Source: Lobosporangium transversale
Taxonomy: Eukaryota
Assembly (NCBI RefSeq): GCF_002105155.1
Contig: NW_019028995.1
Span: 744,001 to 808,000, forward strand
DNA length: 64,000 bases
Direction of reading: 5' to 3'
Shown piece by piece: positions 51,108 to 62,568 of the stretch. The notes under the pieces were generated by a model. The model saw only the letters and a list, made by a program, of their open reading frames with translations, was not told the DNA's origin and made no database searches. The position numbers and the translations under genes were made by a program. Each line of letters starts with the position of its first letter. The first letter of the stretch is position 1.

Positions 51108-54100
51108 ATGGTGTCGCTTCACTTCAAAAGTTCACCAAATAGCCATAATCCATTCCATTCCCCAGAGATCCATAACGAGGATAGACCACTGCTTGCACAC
51201 TTTCATGGTTATGATAACAATGGATCACCACGACCATTCCCGACCGCACCCGTCACACCATTGGTGAGAGAAGCACGATATGGTAATGACAAATAGAGAC
51301 ATTAGAGACGAAAACTTGGGAAACAAGAGCATTAAAGGCTGATAACATTCGCTTTTTTAAAAAATCTGTACTATACGTGCACACAATTTGTTTAGCCATC
51401 GTCAATGCTCTAGACACGTCTCTCACTCGTGATGAACTCGGATCTCCAGAAATCTATCTTGCACTATTGTTACCCATAGTCAGGAGATACCGTGAAGAAA
51501 GGAGAGAGACAGCTGCGGTGTATGCCTTCTTACTCAATCGCTGGCAGTTTCTCAAGGACGCTGAGAGTGATATTGCTAATGCACGGGTAAACGAGACCAG
51601 GTATAACACATTAATATGACCTAAAATTGAACTTTAAATGAAGACGTAACCTGCTTCAGAAGCCATAGTGAATGCAACTGATATTTTCTTTGTGCTATAC
51701 TTTTGAAATAGAGCGCATGCATGCGAGATAGTAGCAATCAAGTAAGAATGAATTTAACGTGAGTGAAAAGCTTCCGATTTTGGCCTTGATATGGATTATA
51801 CTAAGTGCTAAGGCACCTTTTTATAGGATTCTCAAAGCCTTTTCAATGCGCCAGCTTATCGACGTGTTAACCTATGACTTTTCGCCTGTGAAAAGTAAGA
51901 ATTGTATTGCATTAAGGAAAGGAGCCACAATACACCATATTTGCTTTAAGAGCTCACTATAACAATGCTGTTTTAGGAAAGGACACTCGATTTAGATTAT
52001 ACCTGCCGCATTTCGATGGCGAGCCTTCAACAGAGCCGATGAGTGCACTCGAGGTCGCAATCTCTGGAAAAGCAAAGCACTTTCTTTCGCATCCCTTAGT
52101 ACAAGAAATCATAAGTAGGCCTATCTCGATTCTTTTGTATTTTAAAGATTCAAAATGGAAGCCGGATAAAAGTGTCATTGTCGGTTGACTCAAGTCTGTT
52201 TGATCATCGGGAATAGACCAAATCTGGCTAGGAGAGATCGTTTTTTTTTCAAACGCAATCGATAATCCACAGTCATGTCATAATGCATCTCCATCCGAGA
52301 TCAGGACGGTCACTGTCTATTACTCAAGTGACATAAAGTTTCTCAGGCTCTCAAGACTACGAGTGCCGAGGTACAAGACAACTTTCCAAATGGTTTCTTC
52401 CTCAGTGTTCATCATCGTGTACACATTCGTCACTTTTGCAAAAAAACCAGAGCTCACAGCCATGGAGATGGTAAGAGATTAAGATAAACTGAAGACGTCA
52501 TTTTGTTGCTGTCAGATAGATGTGTAATAGGAAATAATTTCTATTGACATGCATCGTATAAACTAGATTATGGACCTATGGGCACTTTCATTAACTTTGG
52601 ATGAGCTTGTTCAGCTCAAAGACTCTGGACCATCATTTTACTTTGAGACCGTCTGGAACCTGTTTGACGTGCCAATCTACATTATCTTCTTGGTATTTAT
52701 TATTTTGCGGATCACTACGTTCTTCAATGGATCTATTGAATTGACATATTTTGCCTACGACTTTTTGGCCTGCAATTCAATCTTGCTTTGGCCAAGACTC
52801 TTTGCGGCTCTTGGTAAGTTTATTCATATATTTCAAAGGGCCCGTAAGGGTGATATATCCACAACAAACAGGGAACTGACTCGACACTTCTTTTAGATCA
52901 TTACAAGTTTTTTGGAACAATGCTCATTGTTCTGAGACAGATGCTTATCGATGCGACACTGTTCCTAGCACTCTCTTTTATATTCTACGTTGGGTTCCAG
53001 CAAGCATTTTATGTAAGTCTTGTCACTACTAGGTGAAATCATAATGTAGGCTCGTAGCGTTACTACTCTACATTGAAGAATCATTTCACTAACTCTACGC
53101 GTTCATCCATATAATGCTAGGCTCTCCATGACAACACACAGAGCTATGGAGAAATTGCATGGCTACTGCTCCAAGTGTTCTTTGGGTCGGCATTTCTGGG
53201 TTTCGAGCAAGCATCCGAGCTTTCAGAAAGGTTTGGGGCTCCTCTTATGGTCCTCTTCGTAGCAATATCAGTCCTCATGCTTTATACTCTTTTGATTTCT
53301 ATTTTCTCGCAAACATTTGCAGAGGTAAATAACTATAACGCTCAGATACAGTATTGCGAAGGAAGTTCGTCTAGGTATCTATAGTTAACAGTATTTTCTC
53401 TTTCTTTTGTTCAATCATCAGGTTAGCGCCAATGCGAAAGAAGAGTTTATGTTTCTGTTTTCAGTCAAGGTTATGGAAGAAGTCAAATCAGATGCCCTAT
53501 ATGAGTTCCAGCCGCCCTTCAATATTTTAGCTAGCATTGTAATCTGGCCCTGCAGTCTCCTTTATCCTCCGGAAGTAGTTGGCAAAGTCAGTCGTGTTCT
53601 TTTGCGCTTCTTCTATTTCCCTGAGTTGGTCTGCATATGGGTCTTCGAAACTTTGGCAATCAAGAAAAAGGGCCAGTCCTCCTCCGTCCGGCCAGGGTGG
53701 ATTGGTCATCAAGCTTCTTATGGTTCCATATCTGAGCTAGCCCGAACAGATAGTATGGCAATATCTGGAAGCGCCGCGAAGCGGAGACAAGAAGAAGGAG
53801 CGCATGATGGAGGGTTTAAGGCATCTAATGTAGAATCAACGCGTGGAGATGCGATCTCTCCATTAGATGTTAGTGATCCTATGACGGATCCTTTCCAAAA
53901 CGCATCAACTCGTGCTTTTATGCCTAGCTCAGTATCTCAATACCATCAACAGCAACTTGATCAGCTCAACACACGGGAACTTGCAGCAAATGCACAAGCT
54001 TCGTCACCTTTCATGGAAAACATGCGGCGATTTGGAGACCCAAATATGATAAACTCAATGATGGCAACAAACTCTATAACTCCAGTGATGAGAAGTGAAA

Positions 54101-54492
54101 GCAAAGATGTTTTAGATCAACCACAGTATTCATATTATTCACCAGCACCCATTAAGATGGCAACTAGGCGCACGCGCCGACGAAGCAGTATGCCAGTAAA
54201 TTGTCAACCGCGCTATGGAGCAGACGCGACTTTGGCAAGCACATCTCAGGGTATTTTACCATCATATCGGAATGAGATAGGAGGTGAGGATATGTCAGCG
54301 TCGATCGGAGACAATATGAATGGGATACATCATCAATATCAGTCACAAGACCAGCAATATGAGGGAACACAGGAGTTAGTTCAATTAATGGAAACACGCT
54401 TTGAAGAGATGTGGATACACATGAACCAAATTGAATCAAAGATCGATCAATTGATGGATGTGCTTATTACCACCCATCAGAATAGTAAATAA
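51108..54492 (+). CDS. YVC1: Vacuolar TRP-type cation channel (Yvc1/TRPY1-like)
   Basis: About 10 exons. SALEVAISGKAKHFLSHPLVQEII..IWLGEIVF, RLRVPRY, FETVWNLFD, LLISIFSQTF, YEFQPPFNIL, C-terminal coiled coil. Confidence 0.88.
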
Positions 54493-54604
54493 ATAACTAA
54501 ATATAAATTACATTCCTATTGCTTAAATGCGAGTATGATGTAAAGTAAAAAATTTATAATAAAAAGCTTCATACATTACTTTTCAAATGTCACCGTTCAA
54601 GAAG

Positions 54605-54614
54605 TATATAAAAA
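54605..54614 (+). promoter_or_regulatory. TATA box upstream of the peptide precursor gene
   Basis: TATATAAAAA about 115 nt upstream of ATG 54729, followed by a CT-rich tract. Confidence 0.55.
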
Positions 54615-54728
54615 CGCGCTGTTGAAAAAACAAATCAAGGCTTTTAAATATTACTTCAAACCGCCCCTCTCTCTCTTTCAAAGCACCCTTCAACAGAATC
54701 ACAGACAGTCCCTTTTGAATTGCCTACT

Positions 54729-55397
54729 ATGCATCATCGCTTCTTTGCCTGGATCGGTCTATTGGTCCTTATTTCTGGGTCTGCTTCAGCAGCGCCCGCT
54801 GCTGCTGCTGAGACCGTCTCTACAGAGAAGTGCCACATTCATAATGGACACTGCCATAAGCGCGACCTGGCCAGCACTAGCGTTTATACATTAACTACTG
54901 CAACAACTAATGCACAAGATGTTGATTTGGCCGAGGACTCTGATGACGCGCACGGCCTCTACCGTTACTATGGTGGCCGCTATCGAGGAGGAGGTTACTA
55001 TAGAGGCGGATATGGCCGTGGACGTTACTACCGGCGCGGCGACATCACATCAAACGAAGGTTTCTCAGACATCAATGTTGCTGCTGCAGATGCGAATGAA
55101 GATGTAGCCTCACTCGAGCATATCGATGACGGCAAAGACAATGCCCATGAGCTGTATCGGTATGGAGGAGGTCATTATGGAGGTCGATATGGCGGAGGCT
55201 ACTATGGTGGAGGTTACTATGGTGGTGGTCGTGGACGTTACTACAAACGAGAGGATATCGCGGCGAATGAAGCCTCATCGGACACAAATATGGCGGACTA
55301 TGATACTCATGTAGGAGATCATGACGAGATTGAGCATTCTTTGTATCGCAAGGGATGGGGCAAGGGATGGGGCAAGGGTTGGAAAGGTCACTACTAG
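54729..55397 (+). CDS. Secreted multi-core peptide precursor (Kex2-processed repeat protein-like) with Gly/Tyr/Arg-rich and KGWG cores
   Basis: Signal peptide MHHRFFAWIGLLVLISGSASA. Three units of acidic spacer, HxLYR and cationic core, separated by KR/RR. 222 aa, intronless. Confidence 0.85.
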   Translation: MHHRFFAWIGLLVLISGSASAAPAAAAETVSTEKCHIHNGHCHKRDLASTSVYTLTTATTNAQDVDLAEDSDDAHGLYRYYGGRYRGGGYYRGGYGRGRYYRRGDITSNEGFSDINVAAADANEDVASLEHIDDGKDNAHELYRYGGGHYGGRYGGGYYGGGYYGGGRGRYYKREDIAANEASSDTNMADYDTHVGDHDEIEHSLYRKGWGKGWGKGWKGHY

Positions 55398-56258
55398 CGT
55401 TACTATGCACCATCATGGCAAAGTCAAACGATAGTTGATTACTTGACGCCGATGGCAGCCATGTTTCATATTGAACGAAATAATAAAAAAAAAGTAATCC
55501 TCCGTGAATTTCCATAAAATAAGAGAGGCTCCCTTTTTTATGGTAATAAGGCATGGATGTACTTGAACCATCAGCTGTACGTGAAAATGACTCTGTTCAA
55601 TACTCAGCCTATCGAGTCTCACACACTCAACGAACGCCTCTGAATTGGAGTGCCCTCTACGCCAATCATGGTCTCAGACTTATAACAGAGCCCGTTTGCA
55701 AGCCCGGACTGTACTGAAGTGACAAAGTGCTTTAATGACAGCTGGTGCATATTTCAAAATCCTTTAGTTGTAGAACTGCCCTTCCACCTGGGATACTGCC
55801 TGAAACTGGGTCATGGCTTTGGACATCCTCAACAACCTCGCTATTAATCGAGAAACCTATTCATTTAAATCTGACTAATCAACGTAATCAAAAATCCATT
55901 TAAAAGGCCATTCTTGCTCCGATATCATTCTTATAGGATTTGCTGCTTATAAGTGTTGTATTCGTAATATTCCCTTGTGGACCTTTCTATCTTAACACTA
56001 ACATCGCCGCCATACCTTACTTGGATGAAGTCGAGATATTTGTCGAAGAACTTTTTATGTGTAATCTGTATGGGATTTTGTAAGTCGAAAGTTGAGACCT
56101 TCGAAAAAAATTTAAGTTTATCAACGCCACTTTCAGCCCAAGGCTGTTGGCTGCAACAAACAATAGCCTGTTCCTGATTTCTTTATCTGAACCTGAATTA
56201 TTCATAAATTGGGACAAGAATAGTTGTTTTAGACATATTATTTCTATTAGTTATGTAT

Positions 56259-57523
56259 TTACTCTTGTTGCTGTTCTTGTTGATATTGCTGTAGCTGGGG
56301 TTGTTCTTTAAGTGGGCCTTCACGAATGCATCCTCCAGGAAGGAGAAATTTGAATCGTTCTCGATGTTCGAGGACATATTTCGGTAAATAGACAGCAGAA
56401 GTGGATTTAAGCATGGCTCCCAGTCGACTGAACAGTTCCCGGAAGGAATAGGCTTCTGGGAACATACCAAACAGATCCTTGCCCTCGCAAATGACTTGTT
56501 GGATCCATTCAGGCTCCATCATATAGCTGTAACGGACTCTATCTGCATGGGAGTACGCCTTCATCTTGAATCGGAATTCCTCAATGGTTCGAAAGCAGAA
56601 GGAGCAATGCGAACCTAACGAAAACGATAAATAACCCACTCAGCATCAGTCAATATCATGCCAATCATTCACTATTTTTTTTTTTTTTTTTTTTTACCTG
56701 CATCGCTCAAAAGGATAGTAGAAGATTGTCCATGCATATAACGGGTTTTGCCATGACTCCATTTGTGAATGCTTGAGCGCCAGTTTCCTTCGTCATTGAC
56801 AGGGAATTCATAACTGTAAAGGAAGTTTCTGAGTTGAAAATGGAGATCGTCAGGCACTCCTTCGCATGATTTGATCAACTCGATAGTGTGGCGAGCCTGG
56901 ATCTCATCCACATCTGCAAAGATGACGAGATCCCCATCTTGAACGCCAGTTTCTTGCAAGAACAAGGTCATCTCGCCTCTCATCCTCCCTTCATTGACCC
57001 AGGGTAATTGGTCAGGTTTTAATGGGTAAAGAGGGATGGACTTGTAAACGATCTTGGATTCTGCAAACGCGAAGCGATCTCTATTTTGCTTGAAAACTTC
57101 CTGCTTGGGTAAGCCTGTGAATGTTGAATTGGATTCAAGGATCAAGAACTTATCAACCACATCCCAAAGTTCGTTTATTCGGATTTCAAGCATGTCCAGC
57201 TCTTGACTAAAGACAACGGCATCATAGACAATACGTGTTTTTGGTATTGTTGCTGTGGGTACTACAGGTTCGGCCAAGACCCATCCATGAGCTTCACAGC
57301 GCTCTTTCATGGACATGCCAGGAGCATAATAATGGACAATGATCTGGTCCCATTTGGATAGAGATTTGTCCCAAATGGGGCGAACAAGGTATCCAAAATC
57401 GACAACAAGATATGGAAAGGCGAAAAAAGTGATGGATATACTGAAGATACAAAGCATCAAGGTTGCCATTAGGATCTGTCTGCGAGTATACCGCGTAGCT
57501 AACACTGTAGTAGTGAGCCCCAT
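56259..57523 (-). CDS. Glycosyltransferase family 17 (MGAT3/GnT-III-like)
   Basis: Type II TM; VYDAVVFSQELDMLEIRINELWDVVDKFLILESNSTFTGLPK; DLVIFADVDEI; DAG/SHCSFCF..F.FKMKAYSHADR. One intron at about 56697-56615. Confidence 0.92.
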
Positions 57524-58104
57524 GGCGGATACTTTTTGATGTGAAATAGGGTTGCCTTTGATAGGGGCAGGAAAGACTAGAAAGGAAGGTGGGAGTGAAG
57601 GTATAGAGAAAGGTAAGTGAGGAAAGAGAGGAAAAGAAAAGAGAAAACTAGTGACTTTAGTCCACGCAGTCAGCCCATTGAAAACGGGAAATGAGTCGCC
57701 GCCTCCTCTCTTCCTCTCTTGCAATATTAAGCAAAAGCCTAGGAAGCTCCAATTTCATTCTTTTTTTTGTTAACTGGAGTTGGGATAAAGCATTGATCGG
57801 TATGCAGGTTCGTTTCAGGAATCATAACAGTAATATAAAATGCAATAGTGACAAAGTATATATCGTGAGGAGACAACGAGTTGCCAAAGTGATGTATCGA
57901 CTTCTTTTTGGACTGTGATTGTATAACAGTTGCATTGTCCCATTGTTCCAGTTTTAATCCCTGCGTGTAAAATGGCTCCTTTTTCAAGTTTACGCCACGT
58001 GCGCATTGACCAACTTATTCGTTTTGTGGCTTGCAACTATCAATATGCTTTCAAGAATGGTTGATCTTTTTTCTTTCTCACATCCGCATTGAGCAGCATT
58101 CGGT

Positions 58105-59036
58105 ATGAAGGAGCTGGAACCATCAACAAACGAACGGGAGTTCGTTTTGGCAGCATTAAGGGACGGAGCACGCATCGATGGACGCAACTTTTACGACTTC
58201 AGGACATTACGCCTTTCGTTTGGTGCAGACTATGGTGCGGTTGAAGTCCAGTTAGGCAACACTAGGTTCGTTTCGTACTTTTTCTCTCTCGATCCAAACT
58301 CAAATTCAAACCGAAGGCGAAGGCCTTAGAGACTAAAGAAAGAAGGAAGGGAGAAAAATAAAAGACATGGGTCGACTTAGTTTTTAATTCTTTCTTCTTT
58401 ATCCTTTGGACAGGGTTCTCGCAAAGGTATCGTGTGAGGTGATTAGACCTTTCCCTGATAAACCGACAGAAGGATTCCTCATGTTCAACACAGAGCTTTC
58501 ACCGATGGCCTCACCTGCATTTGAGGTCGGCAGGTAAACCTTAAAATTGCGCACTTGGCTTACATTGGAGCACAAATAGCACTGCTGATTGTTACCACAT
58601 TATAATGACGCCTAACGCAATAGCAACTTTTTTAATAACACTGGTCTATTAGACAAACAGACGAAGAAGTGCTTGTGAGTCGCTTAATAGAAAAGGCAAT
58701 GAAGAGAAGCAGAGCATTGGATACAGAAGGCTTGTGCATAGTGGCAGGCGAGAAGGTATATATGACAGGTTTAAGGAAAAAAGGTAGCTTTAATGAGTTT
58801 TCAACAGCGATGAGTGAAGGACTAAGGACACTGTTGATTTACTTATTGCTTAAAACAGGTCTGGTCGATCCGTGTAGATATTCACTTTTTGGATCATGAC
58901 GGAAACCTTGTCGATGCTGCCTGCATTGCTGCGATCACTGCATTACAACATTTCAGGAGGCCAGACGTGACAGTTGTAGGCGAAGATGTCACCATTGTAA
59001 GGCTCAGGAGACTTTTTTTTACTGCTTCTATGGTTT

Positions 59037-59068
<32 letters not shown>

Positions 59069-59547
59069 TCGACAGCTAAAGCAGGAGAAAACAACTATTT
59101 TGATATTTATAAACTGTTTTAGCATACATTGGAGCAACGAAATCCTGTGCCTCTCAGTATTCACCATATCCCGATCTGTGTTACATTCGCATTCTTTGAT
59201 AACGGGTACGCAAAAAAGTCCTCTGCTTTTGGGATTATGATTTCATTACTCTTCAAGCTATTTTCCATTCTCATGATTTTTGTTTGTTGACTTTCGTATA
59301 TATCTTTTGCATTATGATTAGAAACCATGTCATTGTTGATCCAACACATTTAGAAGAACAAATCAAGGAAGGTGACATGACAATCACACTGAACGTGCAT
59401 AAAGAAGTATGTGCATTATCTAAGGCTGGAGGTATCCCAATGGAGCTGGATCAGATTATACAGTGCTCAAAAATCGCTGTTATTAAGGTTGCAGAGATTA
59501 CTGCTCAAATTGAGGCAGCATTAGCAGCAGATGCCAAAAAGCGGTAA
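58105..59547 (+). CDS. RRP45: RNA exosome core subunit Rrp45
   Basis: RIDGRNFYDFR, VQLGNTRV, ELSPMA, LDTEGLCIVAGEKVW.IRVDIHFLDHDGNL.DA, HFRRPDV, VDPTHLEE. Six exons. Confidence 0.95.
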
Positions 59548-59909
59548 GTTTTTTCTACTTCTTTTTATGTCTTTATCACTATAAAACTCGGAATAGTGAT
59601 CTGATCTCGTCCATTTCTTATTAACTTGATGCCCTACAAGGCAAGCTGCTAGGAAATGAGTGAGAAAGTGATAAGCATGACATATTCTGTACAAACACAA
59701 ATACAGCAAGTAATTTTAATAAAAATGAAGTGATTTCGATAGACGCTAGGGGATCGAACTTGACTCCGCTGACCAGACAGCTGCCAGTCACACGCCATTC
59801 GTTTCATGAAGGTTGCTCATCTCACTTCTGACTTTTGATTCCTTTATTTTCTCTCCTTCTCTCTTCGCTTTCCTTTTTCCCCTCACCTAAAACAATTTTA
59901 CATATAAAT

Positions 59910-60559
59910 ATGCCCGAATACTGGTTCGTGTCTATCCCTGGCGAGGGTAATCGCACAGTAACTTTTCAAAACTTCAAGGCGAAAATCGCGAGTAGCCAGA
60001 ATGACCTCAGCGAGGTCTCACCCTTGCCCATTCCAGAATTTAAGGTGTGTTGTAGTTTTCATTTCACACACTTTCCTTTCTTATTGAAACAGGACAATAG
60101 GACAACTGAAGAAAAGGAAACAAGAAAGAAAAGAAAAAAAAAAAAAAAAGAGACCATACAAAAAGAGAATTCGTGCCAACACCATTGGTCATATAGGATT
60201 TTCAGTATCTCAACGCGTCACTACTTTTTTTTTTTTCTCTTGTTCCTGGCACAATTTATACTTGACCAATATTAGATTGGAACGTTGGACGCACTTGTGC
60301 TGTTATCTGAAGACCTAGCTAAGCAGGATACTGCATTCGAGTCATCCGCCAACAAGCTTGTAGACATTATCCGTTCACTTCTTGGACCTGAGGCTGCGAC
60401 AAAGCTGGCAGGCAGCCTTTCTGTCAACGAGAGTAAGTAAAGCATTTTTATATGAGGGGAAATAAAAACGATTATGATAGACAACGTTAAAGCTTCCCAT
60501 CTTCTCATAACGAAAAAATCTACATGAGTGGCCTTGTAGAGCTATAAAAACCAAAGTCC

Positions 60560-60591
<32 letters not shown>

Positions 60592-61294
60592 GATATTGCA
60601 GAGACAATTGTCAATTATCTCAAGACTTTCCAATGGAACACAATGAAATATCGTACCGACAAGTCTTTGCCTGAACTAGCGGAGCTGTTGAACAACGTAC
60701 GTGAGCATGAGCAAAACAACCTGGCAAAAATATACACTTATGTTTTTCGTACCTTTCATAAAGGCCTACTGGAATCAAATATTGTATAATCCTTTTTTTT
60801 TTTTTTTTTTCTCGTTGATTACTGACGAGAAATGTATAATATACTTTTGAGCTAATAGGAGGTTGCTCAGATTGATACCCTGATGAAGAACAAGATGGCC
60901 AACTATAGTGTGGTCAAAGGCAACTTGCAAGGAATTCAAAGGCGAGAGGTGTAAGAAAAAAAAATACTCTTTTTTGTATTGTAACTTGTACTTAATGACT
61001 AAAGATGGTATGTATTTGGAGAAATACTGATGTTCTCTTATTATGCTTTTTTTTTTTTTTATTTTTTTATTTTTTTGGGGGGTGACGACGATCTTAGTGG
61101 TAATCTGGCATCAAGAAACATTGTTCCCTTTGTTAAGAAGGAGCATGTAATTTTGGATTCGGAATACTTAGAGACACTTATTGTCGCTGTCCCAAAGTAC
61201 GATCATGGTTGTTGCTGTAAGCAAATATTGAATGTTACTTCACATTTCAACTTTTAGCGGATATCACAATGCTAACAGCTAGGCCCAATGCTAC

Positions 61295-61334
<40 letters not shown>

Positions 61335-61769
61335 AAAAATGTCTTCATCAATCTTCTGTCACTCAGGACACTTTATAAAGACTGGCAAAACAAATACGAA
61401 AGACTCACACAGATGGTTGTTCCTCGGTCATCTCAGTAAGTCAACTGCACTCTTAACTTTCAAAACTTGCTTATAAAGATACAACTTGGGACTGATTATT
61501 ATTGTTATTTGATTCGACTAAAATATTATCTTTAGGAAAATCGCAGAAGATGATGAATATGGGCTGTTTACCGTGACTCTATTTAGGCGTATTGCGGAAG
61601 ATTTTACCAATAAATGCCGAGAGGAGAGATTCATTGTTCGTGATTTCAAGTACAGTCCGGATGCCATTGAGGAGCAAAGGCGCGAATTAGAGGAAGTGGA
61701 TGCATCTGAGAAGGAGCTCTGGGTAGGCACTCGCAACAGCATTATCAAGCGACATCTTTTATGCATCGA

Positions 61770-61801
<32 letters not shown>

Positions 61802-62189
61802 ATAATATTCACTAATTGGAATTCCTTTTTCTTCCTTTCTTTCCTCTATGCAGGCGACCATCTTGCGCTTAGCCAAGACAAATTTTGGTGAGGTATTCCA
61901 GGCATGGACCCATTTGAAGTCGCTTCGCGTATTTGTCGAATCGGTACTTCGATATGGCTTGCCTCCAGATTTTGTTGGTTTTACGATCAAGCCAAAACCC
62001 AAGCAAGATCAAAAGATTTTGGATATTCTAACAGCACAATATGGTCATTTGGGAGGATCTCCTTCGAGCAGAGCCGGTCATGTTCACCATGGAGATGACC
62101 ACACCGAAGAGACTATCGCTGGATATAACGACAAGGATTATAAACCCTTCGTGTTCTTTTCTCTTAAACTAGAAATCGAAAGACAATAG
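59910..62189 (+). CDS. VMA5: V-ATPase V1 subunit C
   Basis: IPEFK/IGTLDALVLLSEDL, FQWNTMKYR, GNLASRN, DSEYLETLIVAVPK, YERLTQMVVPRSS, FVESVLRYGLPPDF. Eight exons. Confidence 0.96.
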
Positions 62190-62487
62190 ATGACTGACTA
62201 CAGGACACAGCAGAAGAATTGCGGATGAGTTTGAGTAAAAAAAAAAAAAAAAAAAAAAAATAGTCTTGAAGTTCCAAAAAGAAGATAAAGAAGATTGGGT
62301 TCTGTAATGTCTAGCACAATATTCTCATGTGTAATGTAATTTTTATTTTATTTTATTTTTTTATTGTATAACGTAATGCTAGAAGGACAGTTCAGGTAAA
62401 ATACATGAGGACGAGAGAAAATAAGAAAGCAAAAATGTAGACTATAGTCTCTTCAAATTTCAATGAGGCGTGTTGCGCCTACCATTA

Positions 62488-62534
62488 TCACTTTGGTTGA
62501 TAGTTTTGCATAAACGCAGCGAAATCAAATGCTG

Positions 62535-62568
<34 letters not shown>

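Noticed and set aside
51108..59547. Dikaritin-type RiPP cluster around the peptide precursor
   Set aside because: No DUF3328/UstYa oxidase (HxxHC), tyrosinase or peptidase gene is adjacent; the neighbours are YVC1, GT17 and RRP45.
59742..59790. tRNA-like GTTCGATCCC (B-box) on the minus strand
   Set aside because: No anticodon arm or acceptor stem can be built; at most an isolated B-box-like word.
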